Shown here: piece by piece, positions 47,129-57,354 of the stretch
How positions within the stretch are numbered: the stretch's first letter is position 1
Layout of the letters: each line of letters begins with the position of its first letter
The notes under the pieces: model-generated
Seen by the model: the letters and a program-made list of their open reading frames with translations, nothing else
Told to the model about the DNA's origin: nothing
Database searches by the model: none
Program-made: the position numbers and the translations under genes
Source: Phyllobates terribilis
Lineage: Eukaryota
Length of the DNA stretch: 64,000 bases
Assembly: GCF_046119375.1 (NCBI RefSeq)
Contig: NW_027362773.1
Coordinates: 154,814,001-154,878,000, forward strand
Direction: 5' to 3'

Positions 47129-50100
47129 GTGAGCCGATTGCCCATGTCTTGTCCGTAGCCCTCTGTCTTGAACATTCCTGCTGTCTTCTACCCTATTTAG
47201 GCAACTGTGTCTGTAACCGAGGGACTATGCTATGTTGGGTGCAGAGGTAACAATCAAGCAAGAGGGGTCCCAAAAGCCCCTCTATTATCTTGGGTGCAGA
47301 GGTAACAATTAAACCAGAGGGGACCCAAAAGCCCTTCTATTATCTTGGGTGCAGAGGTAACAAACCAGAGGGGACCCAAAAGCCCTTCTACTAGCTTGGG
47401 TGCAGAGATAACAATTAAAGCAGAGGGGACCCAAAAGCTCCTCTACTAGCTTGGGTGCAGAGATAACAAACCAGAGGGACCCAAAAGTCCCTCTACTAGC
47501 TTGGGTGCAGAGGTAACAATTAAACCAGAGATGACCCAAAAGTCCCTCTACTAGCTTGGGTGCAGAGGTAACAATTAAACCAGAGGGGACCCAAAAGTCC
47601 TTCTACTAGCTTGGTTGCAGAGGTAACAATTAAACCAGAGGGAACCCAAAAGTCCCTCTACCAGCTTGGGTGCAGAGGTAACAAACCAGAGGAGACCCAA
47701 AAGTCCCTCTACTAGCTTGGGTGCAGAGGTAACAATTAAACCAGAGGGGACCCAAAAGCCCCTCTATTAGCTTGGGTGCAGAGGCAACAATTAAACCAGA
47801 GAGGACCCAAAAGTCCCTCTACTAGCTTGGGTGCAGAGGTAACAATTAAACCAGAGGGGACCCAAAAGTCCTTCTACTAGCTTGGGTGCAGAGGTAACAA
47901 TTAAACCAGAGGGAACCCAAAAGTCCCTCTACCAGCTTGGGTGCAGAGGTAACAAACCAGAGGGGACCCAAAAGTCCCTCTACTAGCTTGGGTGCAGAGG
48001 TAACAATTAAACCAGAGGGGACCCAAAAGCCCCTCTATTAGCTTGGGTGCAGAGGTAACAATTAAACCAGAGGAGACCCAAATGTCCCTCTACTAGCTTG
48101 GGTGCAGAGCACTGGTGGACACAGTCAGGAGAGGGCCCCTGGGCACGAACAGAATATGGGCCCTTTGCAGCCTAATAGCCCATCATAATGCACAATTTGA
48201 ACTGCTTTGGAGATGGGAATGGGTCCCCTTACCTTTTGGGCCCCTGTGCGACCACACAGGTTGCACTAATGATATGTCCGCCCCTGGTGCAGAGGTAACA
48301 ATTAAACCAGAGGGGACTCAAAAGCCCCTCTACTAGCACTTAAAAAAAATACAGTGTTGTAAGGCACATGGCGGGTGCGGCCCCTGTTATAAATTTTCCA
48401 TTAGAGCCCAAGGGCATTTGCTTATATTTTTGCAATTTACAAAAACCCTGCCTTCTCTGCCCCACTAATAATACTGCAACCCCACTCAGGATCAGCAAGC
48501 TACAAGCCCTTAAAGGGTAACTTTGTAAAGGCGTGCTCCTGTGTTTTATACACTTATTACCTCCTGTCTCGGTCTATCCTATCTATTATATGCCTGTCTA
48601 ATAACCTTGCATTATATACTTGTGCCTAAAGCAATGGAGACTTTCTAGAAAACGCCAAAATTGGTCATCACAGACCTCCGTCCTGGGACAAAAAGGCCCC
48701 AAACTACTAAGCAGTCAGGATCAAAGACTCACTGGTGTCTTAAACCAGCCAAACATGTATGGGAGGGGTGTCTTAAGTTTTTTTGCCCCAGATGGCAGAT
48801 GATCAGGCTGCTGGATTTTAACATGCCCAATCCTTTCGTGTTCAGAGAAAATAAGCTGCTGCCGGAGGAGACTGTGAGCAGAAAACTTCTGACTTCCCAT
48901 AGAGAATACATGTATGCTGAGCCAAACCGAGCGTAACAAATGATGGAAATTTGTCAATTTTTCTATGTCTTTTGTTCTCTTTATAGCATTTACCATTCAG
49001 CTTAGTTAATTGTATGTTTTTTTAGACCAGACTTTTACGGACGCGGTGATATCAAATAGCTTTAATTTTGAACTGGGAAAAGGGAAGTGATTTACGTTTG
49101 TTTATATATTTTAAATACATTTTTACACATTTATACATTTTTTACTTTATTTTTAAATTCCCTGTAGATCAGTTCAGTTCAAGTGACTGCAATACCAAAC
49201 ACAGCCAAGTGTGGCGCTACGCTAACATATGCATTTAAGCATCTCTCCATCAATGTAATAAATCTTACAAGTGCTCATGAACCTTCCTTTCTGTTTCGTC
49301 CATGTATTGCACAGGGAGTCCATTGATTTCAATGGGGACTTGTAATGCTTTGTTTCTCCTGTAGGGGCACTGCAGGAAAATTGAACACAATTAACATCTA
49401 TTAATGAACCAACTATGGAAATCATTTTTTTTCTTCCTACCAGTAATTTCTGGAGTGTTCATGCCAAACAATATCTCAGTAAATTACGATGGAGCCAAAG
49501 TGGCCTGTGCCGCGCACTACAGCAGACTGGCGACCCTGCAAGATATCACTGTTGCGTTTGCAAAGGGCTATGAGTTCTGCACGTAAGTATGGCCGACAAT
49601 ATGGGGTACCCCATAATATGTTTATAACCATGGCTGTGTGTCGGATTTGTGCCGCCCCATACACCACTGGTATCTAGAAATGTCAGCAGTGAACTTACCA
49701 CTTTTCCTGAGATATCTGTATTAGTAAATACTTGTTTATTCCATAAAAAATAATTCTGGGGAATTTTATCGGACCTCCATAAATTATGTGTCACGGGTGT
49801 GTCAGAGGTGACAGACAGTCGCCCTGCAGTTGGTTGCAGGAGATCTCTACATATGGCATTACAGACACCTTCTTAGATCTGTCTCACTCTAGGACCCAGT
49901 GGCTACCTCCCTGTTGCTGATTGACAGCCTGGCCTGGGTGCTTAAATACTTTGTCTGCAATAGGGAGGTGCCGGTGATATTCACATGTTTCCTTGTGAAA
50001 GCTTGGAGCAAGTGCAGTCTGCTTACTTCCTCTCTGGAACAAAGAGGACGTGTGTGTTATCTCTCTGAAGTCGATTCAAGCTAAGCTATTTTCCCCCTTG

Positions 50101-53100
50101 TTTGTCTACCTTGCTGTCTTTAGTGTTTAGTGGGGACTGACTAGTGCTCATCCCCCCCTTCCCTAGCCAGGGCCAAGCGCTAGGGAAATACAGGGGTAGG
50201 TTCCTGTGCGACGATTTGTGGAGAACGAATATATGGACGTTAGTGGAGACAGGGTGTGGGAGCCAAAACCAACGCCTATTTTTCTCAGGTGTGGGAGCCA
50301 AAACCAAGTGAGGAACAATCAGGGAAAATGTATAATAGAAACAAGTCACCAATTCTGCATTTATCACCAACTCCTGAGAAAAAAATACGGATAGTGAGGC
50401 CGTAACCTATCAGATGATCATCATCAGACTACATAAAGTTAGTTTGTAGTCTGTTACCAAGGAGATGGGAGCTGAATACACAAAATCTTTTTTTCTTTTT
50501 TAAATTTTATATATAGATTTTTAGGGGACTTTTTGCATTAAAGAGTAAGTCTATTATTAGGGATGGAAGATCACTAAGTCCCTATCGTTTGCAACAATGA
50601 GAGGTGGGAGGTTTTGTGTTTTTTTTGGGGGGGGGATATATAGTAAAACAGATATTTAACTATTTTTTTTTAACCAGATGGGGCTGGATAGAGGAGAAGA
50701 GGGTTGCCATGCTCCGTCTGACGCCATTTCAAGCGTGTGCCGATTATAATGTTGGTATTTTGATCAGAGACTGTCCGAACGTTAGGTCCACATTCTGTGT
50801 CAATAGCATCTCAGGTGAGTCCGTCCACGGAGAAATCTGAAAAACTATTATCTTCTCACCCGTCAGCTTTCTGGGCATGTCAGGTAGAAAAAAAAAAGTT
50901 CCTCTATTGTTCCTTTTGGAAAAGTATGACTAGTTGGGTTGTAACACTCCTGTTATTTCTCAATATATCGCCGGACACTGCCCAATCAATGCTGACAGTA
51001 TCAAAGAGTGCAGGGACACGCCCTATTGTCAATTTACTCATGCATTTCCAGGAGGAATAACAGAGGGACACATTATTTCATGATAAAAACAAGGCATGTC
51101 AGGAGAGCGAACAGGTCCAAATACACCATGGATGAAGTAGTGAATTTTGTGGAGACGCAGCGTTTGACGTCTAACCGCTGAACTTTGCTGCGCCGTATTA
51201 CTGATTCGGGGATAGAATTTTAAGTGACCGGTAGAGAAGAGCGAAATGCAATTTTTTTTGATTTGCACAAATCTAGAAAAATGGCAGCCAGCTGGAAGAA
51301 AAGCCCCCAAAAAGAATTATACTCACCTGTCCCAGGTCCGCTCCTCACCTGTCCTGCTGCTGCGTAGATCCACTCCCCGGTCCTCTGACCTTTACTTTGG
51401 ATTTTCCAGTCTCATAATTTATCCCCATCCCTGGCTTTATTATGTTATGGGGTCCGGAGAGATGTCCTATATGGGCACTTTCTGCAAAAAAATAAAAATA
51501 AAAATGGATCACAAATCAAATCAGAACCACATTTTTAAAGATTTGTTCAACCCTAGTGACAGGTGTCAGGGCACAGGGGGTATTAAATTCTTTAGCTTGG
51601 TCACTTTCTAGTGATGCCCCTGGATTGGGTGGGATCCATAGTGGAGCCCATATAGTAGACAACACTTTACACCTATGTATCAGGACCCGTAGGACGCAGA
51701 CCAGTTCACCAGTTTGAGCGCAGCCGGCCAGTTTGAGCGCAGCCGACCAGTTTGCAGACAGCAGGCCAGTTTGACCTCAGCCCACAAGTTTGAGGACAGC
51801 CGGCCAGTTTGAGGACAGCCGGCCAGTTTGAGGACAGAAGGCCAGTTTGAGGACAGCAGGCCAGTTTGAGCGCAGCCGGCCAGTTTGAGCTCAGCAGATC
51901 AGTTTGACTACAGCAGGCCAGTTTGAGCTCAGCAGGCCAGTTTGAGCTCAGCCGACCAGTTTGAGGACAACAGGCCAGTTTGAACTCAGCCCACCAGTTT
52001 GAGCTCAGCAGGCCAATTTGAGCTCAGCAGGCCAGTTTGAGCTCTGGAGGCCAGTTTGAGCTCAGCAGACCAGTTTGAGCACAGCAGGCCAGTTTGAGCA
52101 CAGCGGGCCAGTTTGAGCACAGTGAGCCAGTTTGAGCTCAGTGGGCCAGTTTGAGCTCAGCCGGCCAGTTTGAGCGCAGCCGGCCAGTTTGAGCTCAGCG
52201 GGCCAGTTTGAGCGCAGCCGACCAGTTTGCAGACAGCAGGCCAGTTTGCAGACAGCAGGCCAGTTTGAACTCAGCCCACCAGTTTGAGGACAGCCGGCCA
52301 GTTTGAGGACAGCCGGCCAGTTTGAGGACAGAAGGCCAGTTTGAGGACAGAAGGCCAGTTTGAGGACAGTCGGCCAGTTTGAGGACAGCAGGCCAGTTTG
52401 AGCGCAGCCGGCCAGTTTGAGCTCAACAGATCAGTTTGAGCTCAGCAGGCCAGTTTGAGCGCAGCCGACCAGTTTGCAGACAGCAGGCCAGTTTGAACTC
52501 AGCCCACCAGTTTGAGGACAGCCGGCCAGTTTGAGGACAGAAGGCCAGTTTGAGGACAGCAGGCCAGTCTGAGCGCAGTCGGCCAGTTTGAGCTCAACAG
52601 ATCAGTTTGACGACAGCAGGCCAGTTTGAACTCAGCAGGCCAGTTTGAACTCAGCAGGCCAGTTTGAGCTCAGCAGACCAGTTTGAGCACAGCGGGCCAG
52701 TTTGAGCACAGCGGGCCAGTTTGAGCACAGTGAGCCAGTTTGAGCTCAGTGGGCCAGTTTGAGCTCAGCCGGCCAGTTTGAGCGCAGCCGGCCAGTTTGA
52801 GCGCAGCCGGCCAGTTTGAGCTCAGCGGTCCAGTTTGAGCGCAGCCGACCAGTTTGCAGACAGCAGGCCAGTTTGCAGACAGCAGGCCAGTTTGAACTCA
52901 GCCCACCAGTTTGAGGACAGCCGGCCAGTTTGAGGACAGCTGGCCAGTTTGAGGACAGAAGGCCAGTTTGAGGACAGAAGGCCAGTTTGAGGACAGTCGG
53001 CCAGTTTGAGGACAGCAGGCCAGTTTGACCGCAGCCGGCCAGTTTGAGCTCAACAGATCAGTTTGAGCTCAGCAGGCCAGTTTGAGCTCAGCAGGCCAGT

Positions 53101-56100
53101 TTGAGCTCAGCCCACCAGTTTGAGCTCAGCAGGCCAGTTTGAGCTCAGCCCACCAGTTTGAGCTCAGCAGGCCAATTTGAGCTCAGCAGGCCAGTTTGAG
53201 CTCAGCAGGCCAATTTGAGCGCAGCGGACCAGTTTGAGCACAGCGGGCCAGTTTGAGCACAGCGGGCCAGTTTGAGCACAGCAAGCCAGTTTGAGCTCAG
53301 CCGGGCAGTTTGAGCACAGCCGGGCAGTTTGAGCGCAGCCGGCCAGTTTGAGCTCAGCCGGGCAGTTTGAGCACAGCCGGGCAGTTTGAGCGCAGCCGGC
53401 CAGTTTGAGCTCAGCCGGCCAGTTTGAGCTCAGCGGGCCAGTTTGAGCACAGCGGGCCAGTTTGAGCTCAGCCGGTCAGTTTGAGCGCAGCCGGCCAGTT
53501 TGAGCTCAGCCCGCCAGTTTGAGCTCAGCTGGCCAGTTTGAGCGCAGCGGGCCAGTTTGAGCACAGCGGGCCAGTTTGAGCTCAGCCGGTCAGTTTGAGC
53601 TCAGCGGGCCAGTTTGAGCTCAGCGGGCCAGTTTGAGCGCAGCCGGCCAGTTTGAGCGCAGCCGGCCAGTTTGAGCTCAGTGGGCCAGTTTGAGCGCAGC
53701 CGGTCAGTTTGAGCTCAGCGGGCCAGTTTGAGCGCAGCCGGCCAGTTTGAGCTCAGCGGGCCAGTTTGAGCTCAGCAGGCCAGTTTGTGCTCAGCGGGTC
53801 AGTTTGAGCGCAGCAGATTAATTTGAGTACAGCAGACCAGTTTGAGCGCAGCGGACCAGTTTGAGCGCAGCGGACCAGTTAGTGCTCAGCGGGTCAGTTT
53901 CAGCGCAGCAGATTAATTTGAGTACAGTAGACCAGTTTGAGGGCAGTGGATCAGTTTGAGCACAGCAGACCAGTTCATGTATGACTTAATGATGAAATGT
54001 GGTCTTTCCATACATTCAGGGACGATTCAGATACTTCCTATACCTACCAGTCTTGTCCCGTCCTATGAAAACGCCAGCAAGACCTGCACAGGCAGCGGAC
54101 TCGCCATAGCCACCAAGGAGGAGATAGAGCAGAAAAAAAGCCTCATAACAGACAGTCGGTAAGATGTGATCCATTGTGTGCGAATGGGAGGTATTCTGTG
54201 CTGTTCATCCTGATCCTCCTGGTTCACGACTGCCAGTACTACCGAGACCCTCAGCATATATCTCAGATAGATGTATAGTAAGAAGTCACAGCCGTGAACC
54301 TGACAATCGGTATGGCCGGACTTCTTGTTTTCAACAAACTGTCGTATCTTGTCTCCAAGTGTCTGAATAAAACATTGATTTATCCTAAAAATGCAATAAA
54401 CTTTTGCTCCTGTCCAAACTTTTCAATTATTCTTTTCAAAAGTAACATTAGCAAAAAACATGGCTGCTCTCGTCCAGAAATAGCACCACCTCTGTCCACA
54501 GGTTGTATCCGGTATTGCAGGCTGTCTCTATTGTAGTGAATGCTGCACACAACCTGTGGACGGCTGTAGCACTGTGGGTTTTTTTTTTTAGAAAGCTGCC
54601 ATGTTTCTCTACCCCTGCACAATGTTATATGTGTTATATAGTAACACTGTGCGATATACGATGTGTGACCGTGTCGGTGCTTTTGCTTCCATTAGTCTTG
54701 CCTGGTATAACTGGGGAGTGGGGAAGGTGAGCGGCGGGAGTTTTGAACAGAATTCCTGTGATGAGACGTTAAATTACGCTTCAGCCTTCTGCTATAATCC
54801 GGCCTGTAAGTATTCACCAATCAATGTACTATAAGTACAAGAATAAAAGTATGTATCATCAGGAAATGACCTGATAATACCTATAGTATATATAGATAAC
54901 ACAGGATCCACCAGTCACAATAGGTGATGTCACAGCTCACCTCCTACTCCTCCTGTACAATGCCTGATAACACCTCCTATCTACAGTAGATATCACAGGA
55001 TCCACCATTCACAATAGGTGATGTCACAGCTCACCTCCTCCTCCTGTACAATGACTGATAACACCTCTATATACAGTAGATAACACAGGATCCACCATTC
55101 ACAATAGATGATGTCACAGCTCACCTCCTCCTCCTCCTGTACAATGCCTGATAACACCTCCTATCTACAGTAGATATCACAGGATCCACCATTCGCAATA
55201 GGTGATCTCACAGCTCACCTCCTCCTCCTGTACAATGACTGATAACACCTCTATATACAGTAGATAACACAGGATCCACCATTCAAAATAGATGATGTCA
55301 CAGCTCACCTCCTCCTCCTGCACAATGACTGATAACACCTCTATATACAGTAGATATCACAGGATCCACCATTCACAATAGGTGATGTCACAGCTCACCT
55401 CCTCCTCCTGTACAATGACTGATAACACCTTTATATACAGTAGATAACACAGGATCCACCATTCACAATAGGTGATGTCACAGCTCACCTCCTCCTTCTC
55501 CTGTACAGTGACTGATAACACCTCTATATACAGTAGATAACACAGGATTCAACATTCACAATAGGTGATGTCACAGCTCACTTCCTCCCCCTCCTGTACA
55601 ATGACTGATAACACCTCTATATACAGTAGATAACACAGGATCCACCGTTCACAATAGGTGATGTCACAGCTCACCTCCTCCTTCTCCTGTACAGTGACTG
55701 ATAACACCTCTATATACAGTAGATAACACAGGATCCACCATTCACAGTAGGTGATGTCACAGCTCACCTCCTCCTGTACAATGACTGATAACACCTCTAT
55801 ATACAGTAGTTAACACAGGATCCACCATTCACAATAGGTGATGTCACAGCTCACCCCCTCCTCCTGTACAATGACTGATAACACCTCTATATACAGTAGA
55901 TAGCACAGGATCCACCATTCACAATAGGTGAGGTCACAGCTCACCTCCTCCTTCTGTACAATGACTGATAACACCTCTATATACAGTAGATAACACAGGA
56001 TCCACCATTCACAATAGGTGATGTCACAGCTCACCTCCTCCTCCTGTACAATGACTGATAACACCTCTATATACAGTAGATAGCACAGGATCCACCATTC

Positions 56101-57321
56101 ACAATAGGTGAGGTCACAGCTCACCACCTCCTCCTGTACAATGACTGATAACACCTCTATATACAGTAGATAACACAGGATCCACCATTCACAATAGGTG
56201 ATATCACAGCTCACCTCCACCTGTACAATGACTGATAACACCTCTATATACAGTAGATAACACAGGATTCACCATTCACAATAGGAGATATCACAGCTCA
56301 CCTCCTCCTTCTGTACAATGACTGATAACACCTCTATATACAGTAGATAACACGGGATTCACATTCACAATAGGTGATGTTACAGCTCACCTCCTCCTCC
56401 TGTGCAATGACTGATAACACCTCTATATACAGTAGATAACTCAGGATTCACCATTCACAATAGGAGATATCACAGCTCACCTCCTCCTTCTGTACAATGA
56501 ATGATAACACCTCTATATACAGTAGATAACACAGGGTCCACCATTCACAATATATGAAAATAGATTTTCTAAACTCTTTTGGACCCTCCCCAAAAATGAT
56601 GTATGTGTATTTAGCCCCTGACCTCATGCTTAGGCAATGGTATGGGTCTGTAATACTGATCCCTCAATCTAGGGCTAATTTATACCCTTTAGGTGTATGT
56701 TCACATGATGCATTTTTTTTTTGGTTCACTATTTTTATCTCAAATTTTGGAAAAAAAAAAAAATGGATTGTTTTTGCCCTGTTCACACATAGGATATTTA
56801 TTTTTTGCATGTGGCAAGAAAACCGCAGATGCATTTTGATCCATTTTTTTTTTTTTGCACTATCCCACTTTGATCTCAATGGAGAAAAACTTTAGTAAAA
56901 ATGATGAAAGAATTGATAAACTGCAGATTTGTAAAAGCAGAAAATGCACCAAAGGTAAAAAAAAAAACAACAAAAAAAAAACAGCAGCAAGGGAAAAAAA
57001 ATGAAATGTGTGAATGAGATTTTAGATCACAACGTGTGAATGCAGTCAAAGAAATCTTATAAAAAAAAAAAAAAAATCATGTGAATAAGACTTTTTTATG
57101 CAATTTTGCAAAATCGTGATAAAAATTCATAGTTTTTGCATCAATTTCAGAAAATTATGGTAAAACCGTGAACGCATCATGTGAACATGGCCTTAGTATG
57201 TTTGTGCTGCTTATGAGGAAACCGTATTGTAAAGATGTCATGTGCTCTATGCAAGGAACGACATGTAATGTATTTTGTTCTCTTACAGTATCTGATGTCC
57301 TCATAACAAAAGATAATCGAA
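47053..57321 (+). CDS. Unnamed secreted or cell-surface protein with two tandem Link (Xlink) modules; 3' end outside the window
   Basis: join(47053-47128,49444-49582,50678-50814,54020-54158,54696-54805,57289-57321,...); phases 1,2,1,2,1,1 all compatible; all GT-AG with pyrimidine tracts; signal peptide; Link motifs C...LAT...GYEFC-x-WGWI...C...FC-x-N and AFCYNP. Confidence 0.85.
47237..48337. repeat. 55-bp minisatellite (50-bp variant lacks ATTAA), about 17 copies, Link-gene intron 1
   Basis: GGGTGCAGAGGTAACAATTAAACCAGAGGGGACCCAAAAGTCCCTCTACTAGCTT at 47719, 47774 onward; last unit split by a MITE. Confidence 0.93.
48110..48286. mobile_element. 177-bp hAT-type MITE
   Basis: 8-bp TSD GTGCAGAG at 48102-48109 and 48287-48294; ends CACTGGTGGACA / TGTCCGCCCCTG. 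Confidence 0.85.
49444..49582 (+). CDS. Link gene exon 2, Link-1 N-half
   Basis: VISGVFMPNNISVNYDGAKVACAAHYSRLATLQDITVAFAKGYEFC; 139 nt; donor GTAAGT. Confidence 0.92.
50678..50814 (+). CDS. Link gene exon 3, Link-1 C-half
   Basis: TWGWIEEKRVAMLRLTPFQACADYNVGILIRDCPNVRSTFCVNSIS; 137 nt; donor GTGAGT. Confidence 0.92.
51701..53960. repeat. 19-bp minisatellite, about 119 copies, near-invariant core CAGTTTG, Link-gene intron 3
   Basis: Unit CAGCAGGCCAGTTTGAGCT; period 19 measured at 51918/51937. Confidence 0.96.
54020..54158 (+). CDS. Link gene exon 4, Link-2 N-half
   Basis: GTIQILPIPTSLVPSYENASKTCTGSGLAIATKEEIEQKKSLITDS; 139 nt; donor GTAAGA. Confidence 0.85.
54696..54805 (+). CDS. Link gene exon 5, Link-2 C-half
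   Basis: RLAWYNWGVGKVSGGSFEQNSCDETLNYASAFCYNPA; 110 nt; donor GTAAGT. Confidence 0.85.
54888..56552 (-). repeat. Second array of the 90-bp satellite, about 18 copies, opposite orientation, Link-gene intron 5
   Basis: Reverse complement of the 21417 unit (ACAGGATCCACCATTCACAATAGGTGATGTCACAGCTCACCTCCTCC). Confidence 0.96.
57289..57321 (+). CDS. Link gene candidate exon 6, 33-nt microexon
   Basis: TTTTGTTCTCTTACAG|...|GTAAGT; LSDVLITKDNR; phase 1-1. Confidence 0.6.
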
Positions 57322-57354
57322 GTAAGTTCCTGTTATTATTTTTATGCGATTATA

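Noticed and set aside
48661-48936. ORF in Link-gene intron 1 (MIRLLDFNMPNPFVFREN...) as a possible extra exon
   Set aside because: Both candidate acceptors give stops in the required phase 1; exon 1 joins exon 2 cleanly without it.
51701-53960. Array core CAGTTTG equals nt 4-10 of miR-223, suggesting a sponge
   Set aside because: Not the seed match, intronic, and in the same sense as the miRNA on the transcribed strand; most likely coincidence.
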